DNA from: Candidatus Limnocylindrales bacterium
GTDB taxonomy: Bacteria; Chloroflexota; Limnocylindria; Limnocylindrales; CSP1-4
Length of the DNA stretch: 64,000 nt
NCBI GenBank assembly: GCA_035692005.1
Contig: DASSII010000101.1
Location: 35,470 to 99,469, forward strand
Reading direction: 5' to 3'
Each line of letters begins with the position of its first letter. The stretch's first letter is position 1. Positions 1-9,295 of the stretch are shown piece after piece. The position numbers and the translations under genes were made by a program. Under the pieces are notes generated by a model. It saw only the letters and a list, made by a program, of their open reading frames with translations, did not search any database and had not been told where the DNA came from.

Positions 1-3000
1 TGGGAGCCCATGGCCCGGGCGGTTTCTACGCGCAGGAGTTCTTCCACGACTACACGCCCGGGTACCTGTACGTCCTGTGGGTCGTCGGTGCCGTCGGCAA
101 CGCCTTCGGCGGCGTCGGCGATCTCATCAAGATCCCGCCCATCCTCGCGGACGTCGCGCTTGGCTACGTCGTCTGGTCGATGGTCCGCGAGCTCGGCGGG
201 CGGCCCCGGCTGGCGCTGCTCGGAGCCCTGGTCGTCATGGTCAATCCGATCTTCTGGTTCGACAACGTGGTCTGGGGTCAGGTCGATTCGGTCGGCGTGG
301 TGTTCCTGCTGCTGGGCCTCCGCGGGCTGTGGCGCGACCAGCCGGAGCGGGCGGCCATCTACACCGTGATCGCGGCCATCGTGAAGCCACAGCTCGGCAT
401 CCTGGTGCCGCTGGTCGCGGTCGTGACGATCCGGCGCGCCCTGTGGCCGATCGACGGGGGCACCACCGCGAGCGGCGATCGAGCCGCAGGTCCGCTCGAT
501 CGACTGCGCGCCTGGGAGCGGCGGACCGGTCGTCCGCTGCGCATCGTCAGTACCGGCCTGGCCGGCTTCCTGACCGCCGTCGTCCTGTGCTGGCCGTTCG
601 GACTGTCGGTGCTCGAGCCGACCGGCAGCGCGCCATTCTTCACATCCGGCCTGATCGACCAGATCGTCATCGCCGGCGGCGGCTACCCCTTCCTGACCGT
701 CAATGCCTACAACGCCTGGGCCGTCGTGCCGAGCGATCTCGGGCTCAGCCTCGCCACCTCCGGCCAATGGGTGTGCGATGCCGCCGGGATCGGCCTCGAT
801 CGATGCACGGCGGGCGTCGCCCAGTTCGGGCCCATCCCGGCGGTCGCCGTCGGCGCCGGGCTGCTGGTGGCCGGCATGGTCAGCGTGCTGTGGGTCGCCG
901 CGCGGCGGCCGGACCGGTTGACGCTGCTCGTCGCGTTGGCAGTGCTCGCCCTGGCGTTCTTCGCCTTGCCGACCCGCGTCCATGAGCGGTATGGCTTCCC
1001 GTTCTTCGCGCTCGGGGCGATCCTGTTCGCCGTCTCGCCGCGCTGGCGGGTGGCCTACGTCGTCCTGTCGATCGCCACCTTCGCCAACATGTACGTCGTG
1101 CTCACGACCCTGTATCCGCCGACGGACCCGGCGATCAGTCCGGTGCGGGACTGGCTGGGCATCGGGGAGCTCCTGCGTTCGCCAGCGGGCGTCGCTATCG
1201 TCGCGCTGCTGCATACCGGCGCGTTCCTGTGGGCGTGGCTGCAGCTGCGGGGATCCGCTGCCCGGCGCCTTGCGGCCGAGGTCGTCGCGGCCGCGACCGA
1301 CGCCGCCGGTCCGGTCGCGGGGCTCGATCCGCCGGGGACGAGGCCGCCCGTCGCACTCCCGCCCCGGTCGTCGGTCGCCGGGTTCGCGGCCTCCACCGCG
1401 GCCGCGGCCGTCGCCGTCCCGGTCGCGTCGACGGCCTTCGCCCTGCCGTCGTCGCCACCACTTCCTGCTTCGCGGCCGTCACCGGTGTCGACGCCAGCCC
1501 GTGCGCCAGCGTCAGCGCCGATGTCCGCGCGGATGTCCGCGCCGCCGTCCCGCGCCCGCCCGGCCGCCAGATCGATGCCCAGCTGGTCCGCGCCCCGATC
1601 GTTCATGGAGGCGGGCTGGACCGGCTGGCTGCGCGACCGCCTGACGGAGCGCCCGATCCGGGCCGACCGCAGTCGATCGCTGATCGGCGAAGGCGGTGGT
1701 CGCCTGGACCGAGTCGACGCGTGGTTCCTGGTGGTGCTCATCCTGGTCACGCTCGGGCTGCGCACGTTCCGACTCGCTGAGCCCTACCAGATGCACTTCG
1801 ACGAGGTCTATCACGCGCGGACAGCGACCGAGTTCCTGCAGGACTGGCGGTACGGCCAGTCGCACGACATCTACGAGTGGACCCACCCCCACCTGGCCAA
1901 GTACATCATGGCCGGCGGCATCGCCCTGTGGGGCGCCGACCGTGTCGAGGCGACGAGCGACCTGGCCATCCCGGTCCGGTCGGTGGCGATCGAGCACCGT
2001 CGCGTCGACGCGCTCACCGGCCAGCGGGCCGGCGAACGGCTGCACGTCGCGACGGGCGACGAGATCCGCACGTTCGACCTGCGGACCCGGGCGCTCGTCG
2101 GGGTGACGCCGGCCCCCGGGGCGATCACCCTGACCGTCGATGCCACGGCGGATCGACTCGTGGTCGGCTCGACGGATGGACGGGTCGGGACGGTCGATCT
2201 GGCCTCCATCGGGACCGACGGCATCGCGCCGGGCGGCGCACCGGTGGAGCTGGCCGCGCTTGCGCATCCCGTGACCCACCTGCTGGTCACCGACGACGGG
2301 GCGACCATCCTGGCGGCATCCGACAGCGAACTCGACGCCGTCGACGCCGTCGAAGGGACGATCGTCGGGTCCGTCGAGTTGCCGGGCATCGCCGACCTGT
2401 CGGACGCTGGCACCGGCCCCGCCCTGACGACGACTCCGGGCGCCATCGATGGGCCGGCGGCCGTCGCCTCGACCCTGGCCGACCTCCTCGACGGGGACGC
2501 CGCGGACTACGAGGCCAGGCTGGCGGCGGCGTCGCCCGACGCCACCGTCATCCTCGGCTCACCGGGGAGTGGCGACAAGCGCAAGGCGGTCGAGGCGGCC
2601 ATCGCCGACGGCCGCCTGGCCGGCGTCGAGATCGTGGACCTGCCGCGGGTCGCGGTGGCGACGGCGGACGGCGTGTCGTTCATCGATCCGACGACGGCCG
2701 GCGTGTCCGGCTCGATCGCCATGGAGGGTGGGGCGCACGGCCTGGCCCTGGTGACCGGCATCGACGATCCGAAGCTGTACGTCACGACCGGCAGCGTGGA
2801 CGAGCCCGGGTACGCGGTCATCACCGTCGGCGGCGACGCCGCAGCGAACGGCCCGGTCGATCGGGGTCGCCACCCGCTGCCTGGGCCCGGCACCCGGATC
2901 GCCTACGACGATGCCAGCCAGCAGGTCCATGTCCTCGGCCGGGCGCCGGCCTCGCGCGGTCCCGACGCCGGGTGGACGGTGTACGTCATCGAGCCACACG

Positions 3001-5342
3001 CCAATGCGGTCTACGCGGATGCAGCGCTACCGGCCGGGATGGTCCCGGCGGGCTGGGCGATGGACGTCGAGTCGCAGTACATGACCGACGACCCCGAGCA
3101 GCTGCTCGTCCTTGGCGAGGACGGCCAGAGCGCCTCCATCGACGTCGGCTCGCATGCCTTCGCGTGGCGCCTGCCGGGGGTCATCGCCGGCGTGTTGATG
3201 GCCGTCTGCCTCTACCTGCTGGCTCGCATCCTGTTCCGTCGTCGGCTCGTTGCCGGCTTGACGGCCGCCTTCGTGGTGCTCGACGGCATGTTCTTCGTCC
3301 AGTCGAGGATCGGCATGAACGACGTCTACGTCGGCCTGTTCATCGTCGCCGCCTACGCCCTGTTCGCGGCGGTCTGGACGGGCTGGTGGCGATGGCGTGG
3401 TGCGTTCTGGGTGGCCATGCCCGTCGTCGGCCTGCTGCTCGGGCTGGCACTCGCCTCCAAGTGGGTGGCCGCCTACGCGATCGGCGCGCTGGCCCTGCTG
3501 CTCCTCGTGCGCAGCGCGCTCGGGCGCGTCCTGGCCATCCTCGGTCTGATCGGGATCACCACCGTGCTGGGCTATCTGGCCATCACGCCGGCCGGGGTGG
3601 GCATCGGCAACATCCCGTTCATCACGATCATGGTCGGCCTGACCCTGGTCGCGGTCGTGACCGCCGTGTTCCATCCGATCGCCTGGACCGACGACGAGAC
3701 CCGGTTGGCTGTATTCGCCCCGATCGTGGCCGCCGCGGCCGTCATCGTCGGGGCGCTCGCGACCGGCCATCTCCGGACCGCCGTGGCCGTGGGACCGGTC
3801 ACCATCACACCCCTCGTCGTCGCACTCGTGCTCGCGCTCGGGTCCGTCCTGGCGTACGCAGCGTTCCGGATCGGCGGCTGGCTCGGCTACGGGCCGTTCG
3901 CCGACCGGTCGCGGCCGGCCGACTCGATGACCGGCCTGCCGTCGGTGGAGCCGCCGGCGGCCGCACCGACCGGCTGGTTGCGGCCCGGCTGGTTCGTCGG
4001 CGTACCGATGATCTGGGCGGCCCTGAGCCTGGTTGCCATCCCCGTGGTGGTGTACGTCGCGAGCTACCTGCCGTGGGCGGCGATCGAGAATCACCAGCTC
4101 TGGGCGGGCGTCCCGGCGGGCCACACCGGTCAGACCCTGGTCCAGCTGACCGGCCAGATGTACGCCTACCACAACGGCCTCGATTCGCCCCATCCGGCGT
4201 CGTCGCCGTGGTGGGCGTGGCCGTTCGATCTCAAGCCGGTGTGGTTCTACCAGGAGGGGTTCGCGGCCGGCACGAGCGCAGCGATCTACGATGCGGGCAA
4301 CCTCGTCATCTGGTGGTTCGGCATCATCGGGCTCGGGTTCGCGGCGGTCATGGCCTTCCGTCGGCGAAGCCTGGCGCTGGCGCTGATCACCATCGGTTTC
4401 GCTGCCCAGTGGGTGTCGTGGGCGCGGATCGACCGGGCGGCGTTCCAATACCACTACTACACCGCTCTGCCGTTCCTCGTGCTCGCCCTGGCCTACCTGG
4501 TCGCCGAGTTGTGGCACGGTGCCGCGCGGCGGACATGGCTGGTGGCCCGTGCCGCGGCCGCGCTCGCCATCGTCGCCCCGGCCGCGTTGTGGCTGTTCGC
4601 GCGGCCGCTGTGCGGGCTCGTCGGGGTCACGATCGTGAACCCGGGCTCGGCAGCCTGCCCGGCGGTCATCCCTGACTTCGTCGTGAGCGTCCGCTCGCTG
4701 GCACTGCTCGGTGTCATGGCGGTCGGGGCCGTCGTACTCGCTCGCGGCCTTCTCGCCCTGGGGCGCAACGCGGACGACGCGCCGTCGGAGACGCGGGCGA
4801 TGGGCCGCGAGGTCATCGCGGCGAGTGCCGTGGCCATCGGCATCGTCGTGGCCGCGCTGTTGCCCGACAGTGCGATCGTGACCTGGACGGGCATCCCGGT
4901 CGAACCGATCGCCCTCATCGTGGCCTTGCCCCTGCTCTATCTGGCGGGCCAGGTCTTCGCGGCCCGCGACGCGCGGCGGTTCGTGGTCGGCCTGCTCGTC
5001 GCCGTCGCGGCCTGGTTCGTGGTGTGGTATCCGAACATCGCCGCGGTGCCGTTGCCGTCGACCATGGTGAATGCCTACCAGGGTCTGTTGCCGACCTACC
5101 TCTACGCGTTCCAGTTCCCGGTCAACAACGTGGCGCGACCAAGCACGAGCCTGTTCGGCCCGACACTCGTCCTGCTGGGCATCGCCATCGCGGTGACCTG
5201 TCTCGTGGTCGCCTACTCGGCGTCGGTCTGGCGCTCGGCGCTGGCCGAGTCGCCGGCCGATGCCGGTGCCGCGGCCGGCTCGAGCGATGGCTCGGCCAGC
5301 GGCTCGGACGGCCTGGCCCGGACCGGCGGGGGCGGCGCCTGA
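1..5342 (+). CDS. 5'-truncated giant integral-membrane GT-C glycosyltransferase: GT87/DUF2029-like N-terminal domain fused to a PMT/GT39-like domain, a beta-propeller-like soluble region and a Pro/Ala/Ser-rich linker
   Basis: The frame continues upstream of ORF 180..5342 to base 3 with no stop ('GYLYVLWVVGAVGNAFGG...NPIFWFDNVVWGQVDS', GT87-like). It contains the PMT DE-loop motif 'HFDEVYHARTATEFLQDW...HPHLAKY'. Many TM helices are present. Residues ~440-560 are a low-complexity P/A/S linker. The last hydrophobic third resembles the PMT C-terminus ('YHNGLDSPHPASSPWWAWPFDLKPVWFYQEG'). Confidence 0.7.
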   Translation, partial: GAHGPGGFYAQEFFHDYTPGYLYVLWVVGAVGNAFGGVGDLIKIPPILADVALGYVVWSMVRELGGRPRLALLGALVVMVNPIFWFDNVVWGQVDSVGVVFLLLGLRGLWRDQPERAAIYTVIAAIVKPQLGILVPLVAVVTIRRALWPIDGGTTASGDRAAGPLDRLRAWERRTGRPLRIVSTGLAGFLTAVVLCWPFGLSVLEPTGSAPFFTSGLIDQIVIAGGGYPFLTVNAYNAWAVVPSDLGLSLATSGQWVCDAAGIGLDRCTAGVAQFGPIPAVAVGAGLLVAGMVSVLWVAARRPDRLTLLVALAVLALAFFALPTRVHERYGFPFFALGAILFAVSPRWRVAYVVLSIATFANMYVVLTTLYPPTDPAISPVRDWLGIGELLRSPAGVAIVALLHTGAFLWAWLQLRGSAARRLAAEVVAAATDAAGPVAGLDPPGTRPPVALPPRSSVAGFAASTAAAAVAVPVASTAFALPSSPPLPASRPSPVSTPARAPASAPMSARMSAPPSRARPAARSMPSWSAPRSFMEAGWTGWLRDRLTERPIRADRSRSLIGEGGGRLDRVDAWFLVVLILVTLGLRTFRLAEPYQMHFDEVYHARTATEFLQDWRYGQSHDIYEWTHPHLAKYIMAGGIALWGADRVEATSDLAIPVRSVAIEHRRVDALTGQRAGERLHVATGDEIRTFDLRTRALVGVTPAPGAITLTVDATADRLVVGSTDGRVGTVDLASIGTDGIAPGGAPVELAALAHPVTHLLVTDDGATILAASDSELDAVDAVEGTIVGSVELPGIADLSDAGTGPALTTTPGAIDGPAAVASTLADLLDGDAADYEARLAAASPDATVILGSPGSGDKRKAVEAAIADGRLAGVEIVDLPRVAVATADGVSFIDPTTAGVSGSIAMEGGAHGLALVTGIDDPKLYVTTGSVDEPGYAVITVGGDAAANGPVDRGRHPLPGPGTRIAYDDASQQVHVLGRAPASRGPDAGWTVYVIEPHANAVYADAALPAGMVPAGWAMDVESQYMTDDPEQLLVLGEDGQSASIDVGSHAFAWRLPGVIAGVLMAVCLYLLARILFRRRLVAGLTAAFVVLDGMFFVQSRIGMNDVYVGLFIVAAYALFAAVWTGWWRWRGAFWVAMPVVGLLLGLALASKWVAAYAIGALALLLLVRSALGRVLAILGLIGITTVLGYLAITPAGVGIGNIPFITIMVGLTLVAVVTAVFHPIAWTDDETRLAVFAPIVAAAAVIVGALATGHLRTAVAVGPVTITPLVVALVLALGSVLAYAAFRIGGWLGYGPFADRSRPADSMTGLPSVEPPAAAPTGWLRPGWFVGVPMIWAALSLVAIPVVVYVASYLPWAAIENHQLWAGVPAGHTGQTLVQLTGQMYAYHNGLDSPHPASSPWWAWPFDLKPVWFYQEGFAAGTSAAIYDAGNLVIWWFGIIGLGFAAVMAFRRRSLALALITIGFAAQWVSWARIDRAAFQYHYYTALPFLVLALAYLVAELWHGAARRTWLVARAAAALAIVAPAALWLFARPLCGLVGVTIVNPGSAACPAVIPDFVVSVRSLALLGVMAVGAVVLARGLLALGRNADDAPSETRAMGREVIAASAVAIGIVVAALLPDSAIVTWTGIPVEPIALIVALPLLYLAGQVFAARDARRFVVGLLVAVAAWFVVWYPNIAAVPLPSTMVNAYQGLLPTYLYAFQFPVNNVARPSTSLFGPTLVLLGIAIAVTCLVVAYSASVWRSALAESPADAGAAAGSSDGSASGSDGLARTGGGGA

Positions 5343-6493
5343 GGCACGGCCGCGTGGAAGCCGTCGGGGAGCGCCTCGGCGGCGGCCAGTCGCCGGATGA
5401 CGAAGCCGTAGTAGTCGTCTACCTTGGCCGTGACCCGCGGCCAGCTGAATTCCTCGGCCCGGGCACGCCCGGCGGCACCCATCCGCTCGCGCATGTCGGG
5501 GTCGCTCAGGACGCGGTCGATGGCGACCGCCAGCTCCCGCGGCGAGCGAGGCGGCACGAGCAGACCCTCGCGCCCGCGCCGGACCACCCCCTTGTAGCCG
5601 TGGATGTCCGAACAGACGATCGGCGTGCCGGCGGCCATCGCCTCGAGCAGGACGATCCCGAACGACTCGCCGCCGGTGGCCGGGGAGGCGTACACGTCGG
5701 CGGTCCGGAACAACTGGGCCTTCTCCGTGTCGGACACGCGGCCGAGGAACTCCACCCCCTGCAGCCCGCGGGTGGCGACGTAGCGCCGTGCCTCGCGCTC
5801 CTGGGGCCCGGAGCCCACGACGAGAAGCCGCTGCTGGGAGCCGGTCTTGCGCAGGATACGGTGGGCCTTGAGCAGGTCGAGCAGGCCCTTGCGCGGCTCG
5901 TGGCGGCCGACGAACAGGACATTGGGCGTGCCGTCCTGCCAGCGCGCGATCGGTACCGCGTTGGCGAAGCGGGGCACGTCGACGCCATTGGGGATGACCT
6001 TGTAGTCGCCGGGGAAGAACCGGTCGATGAAGTGGCGGGCGGCGGCGCTGACCGCGATGCGGCCGTGCAGCCGGCCGGCGTAGCCTCGCAACGCCCGACT
6101 GCCGAACTCGTACGACGGCGAAAAGCCGGCGTAGGCGTGGAACGTGGCGATGTTGACGCTGTTCGACTCACGCAGCAGGAACAACGACAGGAACGGCACG
6201 AACGGCTCGTGGAAATGCAGCAGGTCGAACTGCTCGCGCTCGAGCATCCGGCCGATCTGGCTCAGGTAGCGGGGCGAGAACGTCAGCGTGCCGACCGACG
6301 CGTTGATCGGTACCGAGAAGCCGACCCCGAGGCGGATGATGTCGCCCTCCGAGGCCCGCTGCGGGCCGTGGCTGGCGGTCAGGATGCGGACGTCGTGCCC
6401 GCGCAGGCGGAGGTTCTCGTAGAGGTAGCGCACGTGTTGCGCGACGCCGCCGTTGTCGGGGTAGATGTAGGGACAGACGAGACCGATCTTCAT
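5213..6493 (-). CDS. pimA: GDP-mannose-dependent phosphatidylinositol alpha-mannosyltransferase PimA (GT4)
   Basis: 'MKIGLVCPYIYPDNGGVAQHV...FHEPFVP...GRIAVSAAARHF...IPNGVDV...GGESFGIVLLEAMAAGTPIVCSD' is near-collinear with mycobacterial PimA. The ATG at 6493 overlaps the TGA of the upstream gene (ATGA). A 60-aa P/A-rich C-terminal tail overlaps the convergent gene's end. Confidence 0.85.
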   Translation of the reverse strand: MKIGLVCPYIYPDNGGVAQHVRYLYENLRLRGHDVRILTASHGPQRASEGDIIRLGVGFSVPINASVGTLTFSPRYLSQIGRMLEREQFDLLHFHEPFVPFLSLFLLRESNSVNIATFHAYAGFSPSYEFGSRALRGYAGRLHGRIAVSAAARHFIDRFFPGDYKVIPNGVDVPRFANAVPIARWQDGTPNVLFVGRHEPRKGLLDLLKAHRILRKTGSQQRLLVVGSGPQEREARRYVATRGLQGVEFLGRVSDTEKAQLFRTADVYASPATGGESFGIVLLEAMAAGTPIVCSDIHGYKGVVRRGREGLLVPPRSPRELAVAIDRVLSDPDMRERMGAAGRARAEEFSWPRVTAKVDDYYGFVIRRLAAAEALPDGFHAAVPQAPPPPVRARPSEPLAEPSLEPAAAPASAGDSASAERQTDAE

Positions 6494-7314
6494 CGCCCAT
6501 CCTCGTCTCGGTCGAAGCGCGGCGGCCGGGCGCGACCGCCGGGATAGCCGTGATCGCGACCGGTGCCGGATCGACGGACCCGCCCGACCACCTCGTCGCG
6601 CGCATCGATGGCCCGCTTGCGAAGCTGCCGACCGAACACCCCGACCTGCCCGGTCGTGCCGTGGAACGAGCCACCGTGGTCGGTCCGGCCGGCCGCGATC
6701 GCCACCCGCAGGTCCGCCGCGGTCCGCCCCTCGAACGTGGTCCAGCCCGACCCGATCGCGGCGAGCGCGTGGGCGTCGCTGTTCCCGACGTGGGCGAGTC
6801 CGTGGCGATCGGCGAACCGCACGACACGATCGTGCCACGGCCGTCCGAGCGCCGTCGGGTTGAACGTCTCGAGCGCATCCGGGTGGACAGCCGGATCCGG
6901 GTCGTCGAGGAGCCGTCGCAGGACCCATCCCTGCGCGCACAACGGGTAGGGCACCAGCGGATGCGCCGGGATGGCGATGCCCCCCGCGGCATGGACGTCG
7001 GCGATCGTGGTCCGCAGCGTCCGATAGGGGCGGATCGGCCGGTCGATGTACAGCGCCAGCAGGTGACCGCCGAGCGTGGTGACCTCCTCGCCGACGACCA
7101 CCTCGACCGCCAATCCCCGGTCGAGCGCCAGCGCCCGGCCCGCCAGCGCCGCGTCGACGCGCTCGTGGTCGGTGATGGCGATGACATCGAGCGTCGGGTC
7201 CGCCGCCGCACGCTCGATGATCGACACGACGTCGGCGGTGCCGTCCGAAGCGACCGTGTGGATATGCAGGTCCGCCCGGCCGGAGCGCACGCCGCTGACC
7301 GTCGGGCCGCTCAC
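6490..7314 (-). CDS. PHP-domain metal-dependent phosphoesterase (TrpH/YciV-like); candidate phosphatidylinositol-phosphate phosphatase by operon context
   Basis: It carries the PHP motif 'DLHIHTVASDGT' and a His-rich fold ('ITDHERV', 'HPLVPYP', 'NSDAHAL'). The GTG start at 7314 overlaps the upstream TGA (GTGA), and the stop overlaps the pimA ATG. Confidence 0.75.
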   Translation of the reverse strand: MSGPTVSGVRSGRADLHIHTVASDGTADVVSIIERAAADPTLDVIAITDHERVDAALAGRALALDRGLAVEVVVGEEVTTLGGHLLALYIDRPIRPYRTLRTTIADVHAAGGIAIPAHPLVPYPLCAQGWVLRRLLDDPDPAVHPDALETFNPTALGRPWHDRVVRFADRHGLAHVGNSDAHALAAIGSGWTTFEGRTAADLRVAIAAGRTDHGGSFHGTTGQVGVFGRQLRKRAIDARDEVVGRVRRSGTGRDHGYPGGRARPPRFDRDEDGR

Positions 7315-8246
7315 GTCGCTGGCTCGAGGTCCGGCCAGATCGGGAAGAACACCGCCCACCACTGCTCCGGCGCGTCCTCGACGATCCGCTCGAAGGCGCG
7401 GGCGATCGCGCTCGTCAGCACGGTCGCGCGCTCGCGCCTGGATCCTGCGCCGGCGTCCGCGATCGGCTCTGCGCGTCCGATGTAGTGCCGGCCCGCGACG
7501 CGTCGCACGCCGACGACGTACAGCGGCGCGCCTGTTTCGATGGCGAGCAGGGCCGGACCGAGGGGCAGCCTGGCTGGCGCCCCGAACAGCTCGGTCAGGA
7601 CGCCGCCGCCGGTCAGGTCGCGGTCACCGACCAGGCCGACGGCACTGCCCGACCGGAGCGCGCCGGTCAGTTCGCGGCGGGCCTCGCGCAGTCCGACGAT
7701 GCGCACACCGGCCGCGCCACGGGTGCGCACCATCCAGTCCTGCACGGTCGGATCGGCGATGGTCTCCATCGGTGCCACGGCTCCGCCGGCACGCGCCGCA
7801 AGGTACAGCGCCGGTAACTCGATGGCGCCGAAGTGGAGACCGACGAAGATCGACGCCCGACCGGGCGCGAACGCGCCCTCGACCACGTCGGGCGTCTCGA
7901 TGGAGACGAGCCGATCGAGATCCGCGACGCCCAGCGCCGGCGTGCGCGCGACCTCGAGGTAATAGCGCGCCGCGTGCCGGTAGGCGAGCCGGACCATCCG
8001 TTCGAGCGCCCGTGGGTCGGCCGCCGCAGCGCGAGCCAGCGGCGTCCCGCGATCATGGGCGGCCAGCCAGCCGACGACGCGCTCGAGGTTCTGACGAGCC
8101 CGGGCGGCGCGGTCGGGCGTGGCGCGATACCAGACGTCCCCGGCCGACTCGGCCAGGGTCACGAGCGGACGCTCGGGCAGCCGACAGGCCAGCCACGACA
8201 GCGCCACCAGGAGTCGACCGCGAACGAGCCCCGCCACGCGGGCCAC
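7311..8246 (-). CDS. patA: HtrB/LpxL-family lysophospholipid acyltransferase (PatA-like, PIM acyltransferase)
   Basis: It has an LPLAT/lipid A lauroyl-acyltransferase-like fold ('RYYLEVAR...GLHFGAIELPALYLA...GLVGDRDLTGGGV'). Its position matches mycobacterial Rv2611c between pgsA1 and pimA. The GTG start is at 8246. Confidence 0.8.
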   Translation of the reverse strand: MARVAGLVRGRLLVALSWLACRLPERPLVTLAESAGDVWYRATPDRAARARQNLERVVGWLAAHDRGTPLARAAAADPRALERMVRLAYRHAARYYLEVARTPALGVADLDRLVSIETPDVVEGAFAPGRASIFVGLHFGAIELPALYLAARAGGAVAPMETIADPTVQDWMVRTRGAAGVRIVGLREARRELTGALRSGSAVGLVGDRDLTGGGVLTELFGAPARLPLGPALLAIETGAPLYVVGVRRVAGRHYIGRAEPIADAGAGSRRERATVLTSAIARAFERIVEDAPEQWWAVFFPIWPDLEPAT

Positions 8247-8248
8247 GG

Positions 8249-9295
8249 TCAGGCGAACTCCGGCGCCGGCCCCGGATCCGGCTGACCCGCCTGCATCATC
8301 GTCGCGCGCCGCTCCAGGTCGGCCGCCTCATCCTCGGTCGCCGGCCACAGCGGCTTGAAGCTGTACCACTGGTCGGGCGCCGCAGCGATCGTCGAGGCCA
8401 GCGCGTCGGCCATCGCCTGCGTCGCGCGCTGGAGCTCGGCCGGGTCGGATGAAGCGAGATCGATCGGCTCGGGGAACGTGACCAGGAACGTGTCATCGGG
8501 GCGACGCCGGATGGTGATCGGCAGGATCCGCGAGCCGGTCTTGGCCGCGAGGGTGGCCGGGCCGGCGGGCAGCGTCGTCCACGAGCCGAACAGGCGCACC
8601 GGGATGCCGTCCGAGCGGTAGCCCCAATCGACGAGGAGGGCCAGCATCTCCTTGCGTCGGAGCACCCCGAAGATCTCGCGCAGATTTCGCCAGGCGATGA
8701 TCCGGACGCCCCACGATTCGCGTTGGCGGCGCAGGATCTCGAAGATCTCGGGGAATGACGAATCGTCGGCGACCACGCTGATCGGCATGTCGTGGCGCGC
8801 GATCGCCGCGGCCACCGCCTCGTTGTTGCCGACATGTCCGACGGTGAAGATGAGCCCGCCGCCCCCGGGCGCGGCACGCCACAGTCGCTTGATCTCGTCG
8901 GCGTCGATGTCGGGGACCATCTCGGCCACCTCGGCCGGAGGCAGCGACGGCAGGCGCATCAGCTCGACGAGGTAGCGGCCATAGCCGCGGTACGCCCGCA
9001 GCGCCTCCTGGCGCACCTTCGGATGATCCGGATGCAGGCCGAGCACGTTGGCGAAGTTGCGGTTCGACCAGCGGCGCTTGGTCGGCCAGGCGAGGTACGA
9101 CAGCTGGGAAGCCCTGCCGATGACCGCAGCGGCCGGTTTCGGCGGCAGGCTGGCCAGCAACCACGACGTCGCCCGGAAGCCGGCTACCGCCAGGCGCTCG
9201 ACGACGCGAGGGCTATCGCCCCCGCGTCGATGCGGTGCCTCGAGCCGTCGTTCGCCGGCGCTCGGACCGGTCCGTGGCTTGTCGCCTGCGGTCAC
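8249..9295 (-). CDS. Second HtrB/LpxL-family acyltransferase (PatA paralogue)
   Basis: It is acyltransferase-like ('[34 protein letters not shown]'; the N-terminus resembles PatA). The GTG at 9295 overlaps the ino1 TGA (GTGA). Confidence 0.75.
   Translation of the reverse strand: MTAGDKPRTGPSAGERRLEAPHRRGGDSPRVVERLAVAGFRATSWLLASLPPKPAAAVIGRASQLSYLAWPTKRRWSNRNFANVLGLHPDHPKVRQEALRAYRGYGRYLVELMRLPSLPPAEVAEMVPDIDADEIKRLWRAAPGGGGLIFTVGHVGNNEAVAAAIARHDMPISVVADDSSFPEIFEILRRQRESWGVRIIAWRNLREIFGVLRRKEMLALLVDWGYRSDGIPVRLFGSWTTLPAGPATLAAKTGSRILPITIRRRPDDTFLVTFPEPIDLASSDPAELQRATQAMADALASTIAAAPDQWYSFKPLWPATEDEAADLERRATMMQAGQPDPGPAPEFA

Noticed and set aside
1877-4675. 932-aa (+) ORF plus overlapping ORFs (77..985 +, 3027..4517 −, 982..1644 +) inside the giant glycosyltransferase
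   Set aside because: Extreme Arg/Gly/Pro/Asp content with no hydrophobic segments or motifs. They are alternative-frame or antisense artefacts of 70% GC DNA; the frame continuous from 3 to 5342 has recognisable GT motifs.
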